Made by a program: the position numbers and the translations under genes
Shown here: positions 8,102 through 16,595 of the stretch, piece after piece
How positions within the stretch are numbered: position 1 is the first letter of the stretch
Layout: the number at the start of each line of letters is the position of its first letter
DNA from: a bacterium
GTDB taxonomy: Bacteria > Sysuimicrobiota > Sysuimicrobiia > Sysuimicrobiales > Kaftiobacteriaceae
DNA length: 25,796 bases
Reading direction: 5' to 3'
Assembly (NCBI GenBank): GCA_044868695.1
Contig: JBIOWP010000042.1
Location: 1 to 25,796 of the forward strand
Notes under the pieces: model-generated
Told to the model about the DNA's origin: nothing
What the model saw: the letters and a program-made list of their open reading frames with translations, nothing else
Databases searched by the model: none

Positions 8102-10355
8102 CCCGCCACTCCGCCAGCAGGCGCAGAAACGCCTCCACGTCCTGCACATCGCGGGCCACGTACCGCGCCGCCGTCAGGTAGGTGGGACTGCCCACTTTCA
8201 CGGTGATCGCCGGCTCCGGCAGCGCCATGTACGCATCTTCGTCGGTCCGGTCGTCGCCGATGTAGACGGCCGCCACCCGGTCGGCCCAGTCCCCGCCGTA
8301 TGCGCGCTCGAGAATTGCCCGGGCGGCGCTGCCTTTGTCCCACGCCGTGCCCGGGCGCACGTCCAGCACCTGTTTTCCCTGCCGGACGGTCAGCTGGGGC
8401 GCACGGGCGGCCTCTTCAAGCACCGCCACCCGCACCTCTTCCACCTGAGGCAGCGGAGTCTGCCGGTAGTGGATGCTCGCGGTCAGCCCTTTGTCCTCCA
8501 CGACAACGCCGGCGACCCCGCTCAGCCGCTCGCGCAGTCGCCGGCAAATTTCGCCGATCGCTTCTCGGGCGGATTCCGCTTCCGGGAGCGTCCAGACCGA
8601 CGTCCCGAAAGCCACCTCCAACCCATGGTTGCCTGCGTACACGAACTCGGGGAACCCGACACGGCTCCGGATGTCATCCAACGCCCTTCCGCTGATGACG
8701 GCCACGAGGACGCCGCGCGCGCCGGCGAGCGCCCGCAGGACCTCGTGCGCCGAATCGGGCAGGGCCGCCAGCTCCGGGGAAGGCGCGATCGGCGCCAGGG
8801 TGCCGTCGAAGTCGAGCAGCAGCGCCAGCGGCCGGCCGGTCACACGAGGCCGGATCTGGTCGGCGTGATCGAGCAGCCAGTGGCTGGCCTCGCGCGCGGC
8901 CAGGAGGTGGCCCACGTGCTGCAGGTGCTGGGCCATCCACCTGTAGATGTCATGTTCGGCCACATAGGTCCGCAGGTGCTGCATCCGGACCTGGCGCTCC
9001 TCCGGATCCATCTCCAGCGCGCGCTGCAGCGATTCGGCGAACCCCTCCGCGTCGTACGGGTTGATCGGCACCGCCCACGGCAACTCGTCCCTCGCACCGG
9101 CCAGCTCGCTCAGCACCAGCACGCCCCGGAGGTCCACCTGGCAGGCGACAAATTCCTTGGCCACCAGATTCATGCCGTCGGCGAGAGAGCTGACCACGCA
9201 GGCATCGGCCATCCGGTACAGCGCCGCCAGCCCCTCCTGCGGCAGCGGCTCCGGGAGATAGATGATCGGACGCCACTGCTCTGTGCCGTAGGCGGCGTTG
9301 AGCCGCTCGATCTCATCCTCCACGCGCCGCTGCAGGTCGCGGTAGCTCTTGATCTGCGTGCGGCTGGGCGCGCTCTTTTGAATGAACACCAGCCGCTCAC
9401 GGTAGGACGGCGTCCGCTGGAACAGCGCTTCGAGTGCGCGGAACCGCTCCGGGATCCCCTTAGTGTAGTCCAGACGATCGAGCCCCAGGGCCACGAGCCG
9501 GCCGGCCAGCCCAAAGCGGCGCTGCAGACGCGACATCCATTGCTGGCAGGATTCCGAGCGCGCGAGCTGGTCCAGCGCGCCCGCATCCACGCTGATGGGA
9601 AACGCCTGGACGCGGGTGAGACGGCCGTCATACTCGACCGTGGATTCGTCGCGGTCCACCCGCGCGCCGAGTTCGCGCTCCGCGGCCTCGAGGAAGTGCC
9701 CGACGTGGCGGGGGTGCTGCAGGCCTACCAGGTCGTTGCCCAGCAGGCCGTCGAGCAGTTCCGCGCGCTGCGGGCAGATACGGAACACGTCCCACGCGGG
9801 CCACGGGATATGCCAGAAGGTCATGACGAACCCATCCGGCCTCCGCTGGCGCAGGTAGCGCGGGCACAACGCCAGGTGATAGTCGTGCACCCACACGATG
9901 GCATCGGCGCGCAGGCCGGACAGCGCGGCCTCCGCAAACCGGCGGTTGGCCGTCTGGTAGGCCTCCCAGTGCTGCTGCCGGAAGCGCGCGTGCTGCATCG
10001 CAAGGTGGCAGAGCGGCCACAGCGCCTGATTGGCGTAGCCGTAATAGAAGCCTTCGACTTCGTCGTCGGTGAGCCGCACGCGTCGCAGCGTGTAGGCCGG
10101 CGCCTGCGGGGGCACGCGCACCCGCCCCTCGGCGTCGGTCACGTCAAAGTCCGCGTCGCCGCTTCCCCAGGCGACCCACGTCCCGCCCACCGCCTGCAGG
10201 ACCGGGTCCAGCGCCGCGGCCAGACCACCCACCGGCCGGTGCACCATGATGCCCCGGCGGCTGCGCCGGTGCTCGTACGGCTCCCGGTTGCTGACGACGA
10301 CCATCTGGTGGTCGCCCAACAGCCCGGCGACGGCGGCGGCGGGAGATTCCGTCAC
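8049..10355 (-). CDS. otsAB: Bifunctional trehalose-6-phosphate synthase/phosphatase (OtsA-OtsB fusion), about 768 aa
   Basis: GT20 motifs SNREP, GGL, YYGYANQALWPLCH, WVHDYHL, FWHIPWP, DRLDYTKG and DGMNLVAKEF. HAD motifs DFDGTL, ISGR, GNHG and GDDRTDED. Start placed at GTG 10355 (GTGA overlap with the yihY stop, GAGG upstream). Confidence 0.93.
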   Translation of the reverse strand: MTESPAAAVAGLLGDHQMVVVSNREPYEHRRSRRGIMVHRPVGGLAAALDPVLQAVGGTWVAWGSGDADFDVTDAEGRVRVPPQAPAYTLRRVRLTDDEVEGFYYGYANQALWPLCHLAMQHARFRQQHWEAYQTANRRFAEAALSGLRADAIVWVHDYHLALCPRYLRQRRPDGFVMTFWHIPWPAWDVFRICPQRAELLDGLLGNDLVGLQHPRHVGHFLEAAERELGARVDRDESTVEYDGRLTRVQAFPISVDAGALDQLARSESCQQWMSRLQRRFGLAGRLVALGLDRLDYTKGIPERFRALEALFQRTPSYRERLVFIQKSAPSRTQIKSYRDLQRRVEDEIERLNAAYGTEQWRPIIYLPEPLPQEGLAALYRMADACVVSSLADGMNLVAKEFVACQVDLRGVLVLSELAGARDELPWAVPINPYDAEGFAESLQRALEMDPEERQVRMQHLRTYVAEHDIYRWMAQHLQHVGHLLAAREASHWLLDHADQIRPRVTGRPLALLLDFDGTLAPIAPSPELAALPDSAHEVLRALAGARGVLVAVISGRALDDIRSRVGFPEFVYAGNHGLEVAFGTSVWTLPEAESAREAIGEICRRLRERLSGVAGVVVEDKGLTASIHYRQTPLPQVEEVRVAVLEEAARAPQLTVRQGKQVLDVRPGTAWDKGSAARAILERAYGGDWADRVAAVYIGDDRTDEDAYMALPEPAITVKVGSPTYLTAARYVARDVQDVEAFLRLLAEWRASGAGSPSARGVQPNRG

Positions 10356-11188
10356 AGCGCACCTCGCCGGCGCGACTCCATCAGCCACATGATTTCCGCG
10401 CTCAGCAGGACCAGCACGGCCACCAGGTAGACCCACGCCATGAACACGATCAGGCCGGCTAGCGGGCCGTAGATGATCGGATACGTCGCCAGCGTGCTGA
10501 GATACCAGAAGAAAGCGCGCCGGGTGCCCTCAAAGAGCAGCACGGCCAGGGTCGTCCCCGCCAGCAGGCTGCTCCACGCGAGGCGGACGTTGGGCAGCAC
10601 GCGGTAGATAATGAAGAAGGCTGCCCCGGAAAACAGGCCCGGGCTCAGCGCCGTCACCACCGCCACGCCGCGCGTGGCGCGCAGCATCTCGACCACTTCC
10701 GCCACCTTCGGCACGGACTCCATCGCCGAGGCCACAATCGGAATGACCACCGACAGCCCAATGAATCCGCCGCCCAGCAGGACGATGACCAGATCCACCA
10801 TCTTCGTGCGCAGGAAGCCGCGCGCCCGCTCCGCCCGGAGCACCCGGTTCAGGGCGCGGCGCAGCGACCCGGCCACCGTCGTCGCGCTCCACAGCAGGCC
10901 CACCGCGGCCACCGCTCCGACGGTCCCCCTCGTCTGCACGATCGCGTCCAATGTGTCGCGAACGAGCGTCAGCGCGTCGGACGGAAGGTAGGGCCCCAGC
11001 GCCGCGATCGCAGCATACTGCGCCTGGGCGCGGTCCACCACGAGGCTGAGCAATGCGATCACAATGATCAGAAGGGGGAACACGGAAAAGACCGCGGCGT
11101 AGGCGACGGCGGCAGCCAGGACGAAGATGTCGTCGGCGGCCAGGTTCCGAGAGAGCGTCTGCCACAGCCCTTCCGCCACGTCCGTCAC
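10352..11188 (-). CDS. YihY/virulence factor BrkB family inner membrane protein
   Basis: AAAVAYAAVFSVFPLL, IYRVLPN and YPIIYGPLAGLIVFMAWVY...LLSAE motifs; multiple hydrophobic segments; 278 aa. Confidence 0.85.
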   Translation of the reverse strand: MTDVAEGLWQTLSRNLAADDIFVLAAAVAYAAVFSVFPLLIIVIALLSLVVDRAQAQYAAIAALGPYLPSDALTLVRDTLDAIVQTRGTVGAVAAVGLLWSATTVAGSLRRALNRVLRAERARGFLRTKMVDLVIVLLGGGFIGLSVVIPIVASAMESVPKVAEVVEMLRATRGVAVVTALSPGLFSGAAFFIIYRVLPNVRLAWSSLLAGTTLAVLLFEGTRRAFFWYLSTLATYPIIYGPLAGLIVFMAWVYLVAVLVLLSAEIMWLMESRRRGAL

Positions 11189-12267
11189 GGGCGGCTCCCG
11201 ACGCGCACCGGCGCTCCGACGGTTCCGCGCAGGTACACCGTCTGCGTGGGATAAGCAAACTCAATCCCATGCTGCCGGAACTGGCGGACCACCTCCAGAT
11301 TGATCGCCTGCTGAAGATCCATATAGACGTTATAGTCCGGGCTTAGCACAAAGTAGACAACCTCAAAGGTTAGCGCGAAGTCGCCGTACGCTTTGAAGTG
11401 GGCGCGGTCAAACCGCGTGGAAACCTGCGCCTCGACCACCCGCCGCACCATCGCCGGAATCGCGGCCAGCGTGTCGGGCGGCGTCTCATACGCCACTCCG
11501 AAGGTGAATTCCACGCGACGCTCCACCATTCGCTTGAAGTTCCGGATCCGGCTGCTGAGGAGGTCGCCGTTGGCAAAGACCAGCTGTTCGCCGGACAGGC
11601 TGCGGACGCGCGTCGTCTTCAGCCCGATGTACTCTACCGTGCCCAGCAGATCGTCCACGACGATGAAATCGCCGACGCTGAAGGGCCGGTCCAGCACAAT
11701 GGAAAACGCAGCGAGCAAATCCCCGAGGATGTTCTGCAGGGCTAACGCAACGGCGATGCCGCCCACCCCAAGACCTGCGACAAGGCCGGTGATGTTGACC
11801 CCGACGTTGTCCAGGGCGACAAGCAGGACGACCGTCCACAGTGCCAGTTTGGCGACAAAGCTGAACACGGCGATGGTCGTGACGCTGGCCGCGTCTCGTT
11901 CCACCCGTTGGTGGATGTAGTGGGACACTGCGAACGTGAGCAGGGCATTGCCCCACAGCCCAACCTGCAGCAGCACCACCATGCCTGCGATACTGGCGAC
12001 CGTGCGACTGACACCGGCCGGCAGCGCGAGAACCTGGGCGCCGGCGGCCACCGCCAGCACGACAACGAAGAACGGTCTCGTGCCCGCGACCAGATTGAGC
12101 AGGAGTGTGTCCAGGTCGGTGGAGGTCTTGCCGGTGGGGGCGCGGAGCCGGCGGACGGTGGCGCCTTTCAGCCAGCGCAGGGCCGCCCCGACGACGACGG
12201 CCGCGGCCAGGGCAACCATCCACCGCTGGACCGGATTGCCGTAGATCTCGAGCTCCAAAAAGGTCAT
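11185..12267 (-). CDS. mscS: Small-conductance mechanosensitive channel (MscS family), 360 aa
   Basis: AGLGVGGIAVALALQNILGD, DRPFSVGDFI, GTVEYIGLKTTR and GIEFAYPTQ motifs. ATG at 12267 follows a GGAGGT Shine-Dalgarno. Confidence 0.9.
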   Translation of the reverse strand: MTFLELEIYGNPVQRWMVALAAAVVVGAALRWLKGATVRRLRAPTGKTSTDLDTLLLNLVAGTRPFFVVVLAVAAGAQVLALPAGVSRTVASIAGMVVLLQVGLWGNALLTFAVSHYIHQRVERDAASVTTIAVFSFVAKLALWTVVLLVALDNVGVNITGLVAGLGVGGIAVALALQNILGDLLAAFSIVLDRPFSVGDFIVVDDLLGTVEYIGLKTTRVRSLSGEQLVFANGDLLSSRIRNFKRMVERRVEFTFGVAYETPPDTLAAIPAMVRRVVEAQVSTRFDRAHFKAYGDFALTFEVVYFVLSPDYNVYMDLQQAINLEVVRQFRQHGIEFAYPTQTVYLRGTVGAPVRVGSRP

Positions 12268-12374
12268 GGTGCTGTCACCACCTCCCTTGACTGCTCCCAG
12301 CCTGCAGCAAACGATCTGAGCTCGTCGCCCGGTTCCCCGATCGTGGTCCACCCGCAGGAAATTCCAGAGGGCTG

Positions 12375-12408
12375 GAAACGAAAACGCCCGGAGAAGGGCA
12401 CTCCGGGC
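12375..12408 (-). terminator. Intrinsic terminator in the mscS leader (riboswitch expression platform)
   Basis: Minus strand reads GCCCGGAG-ugcccuu-CUCCGGGC (perfect 8-bp stem) followed by GUUUUCGUUUC. Confidence 0.8.
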
Positions 12409-12426
12409 ACACGAAACCCTGGTCGC

Positions 12427-12552
12427 CCTCTCACGCTGCCTGCGGGGTTAGTTGACGGGCTCAGGTCGAGAGGTACCTTACCCGCGCGATTTGCGCGGGA
12501 TTCGCCCCAGTCTTGCGTCCCCCGCTCCCCGACATGAGGATTCGGCAGGCAC
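12427..12552 (-). ncRNA. Cyclic di-AMP riboswitch (ydaO/yuaA class) aptamer
   Basis: Minus strand carries the class hallmarks in order: GCCGAAUCC, GGGGGA, UGGGGCGAAUC, hairpin CCCGCGC/GCGCGGG, GGUA, stem-loop AGGU-ACCUCUCG-ACCU and GAGCCCGUCAACUAACCCCG. Terminal complementarity UGCCUGC/GCAGGCA, and a 3' GAGAGG complementary to the loop CCUCUC (pseudoknot). Confidence 0.88.
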
Positions 12553-12571
12553 TACTCACACATCTCGATCA

Positions 12572-12600
12572 AGTATAGCACTCATGACCCTTGCTGGAAT
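12572..12600 (-). promoter_or_regulatory. Putative sigma70-type extended -10 promoter (TGcTATACT) for the riboswitch-mscS-yihY-otsAB transcript
   Basis: Minus-strand TGCTATACT at 12580-12572, about 20 nt upstream of the aptamer. Only a weak -35 (TTCCAG). Confidence 0.6.
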
Positions 12601-12648
12601 CCGTCCCATCGGAGTACGCTGACAACAGGCAAAGGCGGAGCGGGATCA

Positions 12649-13164
12649 ATGCGATGCGCCACTCACCCAACTGTGGAGACCGAGCTGAGGTGTGCAACCT
12701 GCGCCAGGCCGATCTGCCCAGACTGCATGGTCGAGACCCCCGTGGGCATGAAATGCTGGGAATGCGGCCGGTCGCCGCTGCCCCCGATGTACCGGGTAAG
12801 CCCTCAATCGCTCGCGCTGGCGATGCTGGCAGGAGTCGTGGTCGGGGCGCTGTCCGGCGCGGTCATGCTGGTCTGGCGGGCGGCCATCGGGTTCTTGCTG
12901 ATCTTCTTCGGCCTACTCGCAGGCGTCGTCATCGGCGAAGTGGCTGGACGCGCGGGCAGCGGCAAGCGTGGGCCGGTCATAGCCACCGCTGTGGCCGCCT
13001 CGTGCGCGGTCGGCGCCCTCTTGCTTGCGCCTCAGCTCATGATGCTGGCTGCCGAAGGAGTGCCGCTGCCTCTCGATGAACTGCTGAGCGTTCTCGTGCG
13101 GCGACCGTTTTTCGTCCTTTCCGTGGGGCTCGCCGCGATGATGGCATTCCAGCACCTGCGCTGA
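12649..13164 (+). CDS. Membrane protein with N-terminal B-box-like zinc finger
   Basis: C-x2-HP-x6-C-x2-C-x4-C-x2-C-x8-C-x2-C pattern (CATHPTVETELRCATCARPICPDCMVETPVGMKCWEC), followed by about 4 hydrophobic helices. Confidence 0.75.
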   Translation: MRCATHPTVETELRCATCARPICPDCMVETPVGMKCWECGRSPLPPMYRVSPQSLALAMLAGVVVGALSGAVMLVWRAAIGFLLIFFGLLAGVVIGEVAGRAGSGKRGPVIATAVAASCAVGALLLAPQLMMLAAEGVPLPLDELLSVLVRRPFFVLSVGLAAMMAFQHLR

Positions 13165-13228
13165 CCGCTAGAGTTGATGAGACAAAGACCATCCGGCGAT
13201 GTGAAGTCAGATCACGCGAGGTTCATCC

Positions 13229-13972
13229 GTGCGAGATAGTCTGCGCTCCAGTGTGTCCCGTCTGCCCGGCGACTGTCCGATCACCTGGGCGCTGATTGCA
13301 TCGAACGCCGCGACGTTTCTGCTGGCCTTCGTCTCAAGCGCCCCGGTCGGACGGCTCGCCTTTGTCTCGCACGACCTCGTGGCCCGCCCCTGGGCCGCCG
13401 TGACGTATCCGCTGGTGGGCTCAAGCAGCATCTTCTGGCTCCTGATCGGGGGTTATGTGTTCTGGCTGTTCGGGGGCAGCCTCGAGCGGGCGTGGCGGTG
13501 GCGCGACTACACGGTCTTCCTCGTCGCGTCCGCCGTCGTGCCAGCGATCAGTGTCTGGCTGGGCGGGACGCTGACCGGCCGGGTGACGGCCCTAACCGGC
13601 CTCTGGCTGCCGCTGGCCGCGGCCACCGTCGCCTGGGCCGCGGTCAATCCGTACGAACGGGTCTTGATGTACTTCATCATCCCACTGGAAGCCCGCTGGC
13701 TGGCGCTGGTCATGGTCGCGTTCGTCGTGTTCTCCGCGGAGTTCCCGCTCGGAATCTTCGCGGCGGCCGGATGCGGCATGGCCTGGTGGTACGCGCGGAC
13801 CGGCAGGTACCGGTTGTGGAACATCGCGCGACTGCGACCGGCTCCGCGGACGCGGGCGCGGCGCGAGGACGAACGGTTCTCCCTCAACCCGCTCGTCCTG
13901 CTGCGGCGCTGGCGCACGCGGCGGCGTTTCCTGCGGGTGGTCCGGGACTCGGAGTTCAAGAAGCTGCACTGA
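13229..13972 (+). CDS. Rhomboid-superfamily-like membrane protein, probably catalytically inactive
   Basis: PITWALIASN, PWAAVTYPL, FGGSLERAW, AAVNP and YFIIPLEARWL resemble rhomboid/Der1-like folds. No GxSG or catalytic His is seen. Basic C-terminal tail. Confidence 0.6.
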   Translation: MRDSLRSSVSRLPGDCPITWALIASNAATFLLAFVSSAPVGRLAFVSHDLVARPWAAVTYPLVGSSSIFWLLIGGYVFWLFGGSLERAWRWRDYTVFLVASAVVPAISVWLGGTLTGRVTALTGLWLPLAAATVAWAAVNPYERVLMYFIIPLEARWLALVMVAFVVFSAEFPLGIFAAAGCGMAWWYARTGRYRLWNIARLRPAPRTRARREDERFSLNPLVLLRRWRTRRRFLRVVRDSEFKKLH

Positions 13973-14940
13973 TGCCCCTCGTCGCGTTGATCGCCATCGT
14001 CGCCGTGCCGGCGATCCAGGTCGGGTACGCGGCCGCGATTGAGTCCGCGCTGCGGCGGCTCCCCGAGCGCACCCAGTGGGCGCTCCGGCCCTGGCTGTGG
14101 CTGGCGCCGGCGCTGGCGTTCCTCGCGGTCTTTCTCATCTACCCGGCGCTCCACACCGTCTACCTGAGTCTCCTGGACGCGCGCTCGACGGCGTTCGTCG
14201 GCGTGAAAAACTATGCCTTCGCCTTTACGAACCGTGAGATGCTCCTCGCCTTTCGCAACAACCTGCTCTGGCTGGTGTGCTTCACCGGGCTGACGGTAGG
14301 GATCGGCCTGGTGCTGGCCGTCCTCACCGACCGCGTGCGCTACGAGGCCGCGGCCAAATCGATCATCTTCCTGCCGATGGCGATCTCCTTCGTGGCCGCG
14401 AGTGTGATCTGGAAGTTTGTCTATGAGTTTCGGCCCGCCGGCGCGCCGCAGATCGGGCTGCTCAATGCGGTTCTCACGGCGGCGATCCCTGACGGTCAGC
14501 CGGTGGCCTGGCTGGTCAACCTGCGCCTGAATAACCTGGCCCTCATCGGGGTGGCGGTGTGGGTGTGGGTGGGGTTTTGCCTGGTCATCCTCTCGGCAGG
14601 GCTGAAAGGCATCCCCTCCGAGCTGCTGGAGGCGGCGCGCGTTGACGGCGCGACCGAATGGCAGGTCTTCCGGAAGATCCTCCTCCCCGCCCTCAGCACC
14701 ACGCTCATCGTCGTCACCACAACGATGGTCATCTTCGCCCTGAAGGCGTTCGACGTCGTCTACGTCATGACCAACGGCAACCTCAACACCGAAGTGATCG
14801 CCAACCGCATGTACAAGGAGATGTTCACCTTCCGCGACTTTGGACGCGCGAGCGCCATCGCCGTCATCTTGTTTGCGGCGACGGTGCCCGTGATGATCGC
14901 CAACATCCGGCGGTTCCGCCAGCAGGAAGCGGTCCGATGA
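13972..14940 (+). CDS. Carbohydrate ABC transporter permease (AglF/MalF-like), 322 aa
   Basis: ATG at 13972 (TGATG overlap). Motifs WLAPAL..LIYP, FLPMAISFV and EAA loop ELLEAARVDGA. Confidence 0.9.
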   Translation: MPLVALIAIVAVPAIQVGYAAAIESALRRLPERTQWALRPWLWLAPALAFLAVFLIYPALHTVYLSLLDARSTAFVGVKNYAFAFTNREMLLAFRNNLLWLVCFTGLTVGIGLVLAVLTDRVRYEAAAKSIIFLPMAISFVAASVIWKFVYEFRPAGAPQIGLLNAVLTAAIPDGQPVAWLVNLRLNNLALIGVAVWVWVGFCLVILSAGLKGIPSELLEAARVDGATEWQVFRKILLPALSTTLIVVTTTMVIFALKAFDVVYVMTNGNLNTEVIANRMYKEMFTFRDFGRASAIAVILFAATVPVMIANIRRFRQQEAVR

Positions 14941-15821
14941 CGGTAGAGATGACGGCTGCCGGACCGAGGCCCCGGCATCCGCTCGTCGCCGCCCTGCGCC
15001 GCGCCCCCCTCCACGCCGTGGTCATCGGGCTGTGCGTGGTGTGGCTGATCCCCACCCTGGGCCTGCTGGTCAGCTCGTTCCGGCCGCCCCGCCTGGTCAC
15101 GGTGTCGGGGTGGTGGACGGCGCTGGTCCCCCCGGGGCCGTTCACGCTGCAGAACTATCGCGACGTTCTGGGCGCGTACAACATGGGCCGCAGTTTCCTC
15201 AACAGCCTGCTCATCACGCTCCCGGCCACCGTCATCCCGGTCATGGTGGCCGCCTATGCCGCGTATGCGTTCGCCTGGATGCGCTTTCGCGGCCGCGAAC
15301 TGTTGTTCACGATCGTCGTCGGCTCGCTGGTCATCCCGCTGCAGATGACATTGATCCCCGTCCTGCGGCTGTTCACGACGCTCGGACTGGTCGGCACGTT
15401 CCCGGCGGTATGGCTGGCCCACACGGGATACGGCCTGCCGTTCGCGATCTACCTGCTGCGGAACTTCATGGGGGCGCTGCCGAGAGACCTGCTGGAATCA
15501 GCCTCGATTGACGGCGCCACGCCGCTCGTGGTGTTCTTCCGTCTCATTCTTCCCCTCGCCGTGCCGGCCATCGCCTCCCTCGTGATCTTCCAGTTCCTGT
15601 GGGTGTGGAACGATCTGCTGGTGGCCTTGATCTACGTCGGCGGGACGCCGCAGGTGGCGCCGATGACGGTCACGGTCGGCAACCTGGTGAATTCTCTGGG
15701 GCAGAACTGGCAGCTGCTCACCGCCGCGGCGTTCATCTCGATGGCGCTCCCGATGCTGGTCTTCTTCGCGCTGCAGCAGTATTTCGTGCGCGGCATCCTG
15801 TCGGGCGCTGTGAAGGGGTAG
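14937..15821 (+). CDS. Carbohydrate ABC transporter permease (AglG/MalG-like), 294 aa
   Basis: ATG at 14937 (ATGA overlap). Motifs LLVSSFRP, DLLESASIDGA, FQFLWVWNDL and QQYFVRGILSGAVKG. Confidence 0.9.
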   Translation: MTVEMTAAGPRPRHPLVAALRRAPLHAVVIGLCVVWLIPTLGLLVSSFRPPRLVTVSGWWTALVPPGPFTLQNYRDVLGAYNMGRSFLNSLLITLPATVIPVMVAAYAAYAFAWMRFRGRELLFTIVVGSLVIPLQMTLIPVLRLFTTLGLVGTFPAVWLAHTGYGLPFAIYLLRNFMGALPRDLLESASIDGATPLVVFFRLILPLAVPAIASLVIFQFLWVWNDLLVALIYVGGTPQVAPMTVTVGNLVNSLGQNWQLLTAAAFISMALPMLVFFALQQYFVRGILSGAVKG

Positions 15822-15901
15822 CGCGGGAGGGGCGCTCAACGGTATCATGAAGGTCGGGACGACTAGAGGATCTCGTCGCAAGACGAGAGAGGAGGCGTGG
15901 A

Positions 15902-16525
15902 ATGCCGTATCCGTTCAAGCTGCCGGACCTGGGGTATGCCTACAACGTCCTGGAGCCACATCTGGACGCCCAGACGATGGAAATTCATCATTCCAAGCAC
16001 CACGCGGCGTACGTAAACAACCTCAACGCCGCGCTCGAAAAGCACGCCGCGTTTCACATGAAAGAAGTGGAAGACCTGCTGAGCAGTCTGTCCGACCTAC
16101 CCTCTGAGGTGCAGACAGCCGTGCGCAATAACGGCGGTGGGCACCTCAACCACAGCCTGTGGTGGCGCTGGATCGCCCCGGGCGGCAGCAAGGAGCCGAA
16201 GGGCAGGCTCGCCGACGCCCTCAAGGGAGCCTTCAACAGCCTCGACGCGTTCAAGGAGCAGTTTGCGCAGGCGGGGATGACGCGGTTCGGATCCGGATGG
16301 GCCTGGCTCGCCCTGGACCGCGGCGGCAAGCTCAAGATCTACTCCACGGCCAACCAGGACTCACCGGTAAGCGAAGGCAACAAACCGGTGCTCGGCCTCG
16401 ACGTGTGGGAGCACGCGTACTACCTGAAGTACCAGAACCGCCGGGCGGACTACATCAAGGCCTGGTGGAACGTCGTAAACTGGGACGCGGTCGGCCAGAG
16501 CTACGACAAAGCAATGTCCCGCTGA
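15902..16525 (+). CDS. sodA: Superoxide dismutase, Mn-type by signature residues
   Basis: [16 protein letters not shown] (Gly-Gly of the Mn type), ANQD and DVWEHAYY motifs. GGAGG RBS upstream. Confidence 0.93.
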   Translation: MPYPFKLPDLGYAYNVLEPHLDAQTMEIHHSKHHAAYVNNLNAALEKHAAFHMKEVEDLLSSLSDLPSEVQTAVRNNGGGHLNHSLWWRWIAPGGSKEPKGRLADALKGAFNSLDAFKEQFAQAGMTRFGSGWAWLALDRGGKLKIYSTANQDSPVSEGNKPVLGLDVWEHAYYLKYQNRRADYIKAWWNVVNWDAVGQSYDKAMSR

Positions 16526-16535
16526 CCGGCGCGCA

Positions 16536-16575
16536 CAGGAAACGGGACGCGGGCAACCCCCCGTCCCGTTTCTTG
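16536..16575. terminator. Probable bidirectional intrinsic terminator between convergent sodA and the SBP gene
   Basis: GAAACGGGACG...GG-GCAA-CC...CGTCCCGTTTC inverted repeat with a GNRA loop, and A/T runs at the stem base. Confidence 0.75.
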
Positions 16576-16595
16576 TTCCCGCGTTCCCGCGTTCC

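Noticed and set aside
8469..10430. Long antisense or alternate-frame ORFs (e.g. 8469-10430 +, 17976-19331 +, 24286-25668 +, 1602-2639 -)
   Set aside because: Shadow ORFs expected in high-GC DNA. They overlap well-supported genes and have no recognisable motifs.
11185..12267. mscS looks slightly more AT-rich than its neighbours (possible horizontal acquisition)
   Set aside because: Impression by eye only and not quantified. There are no mobility signatures and the gene is tightly coupled to yihY.
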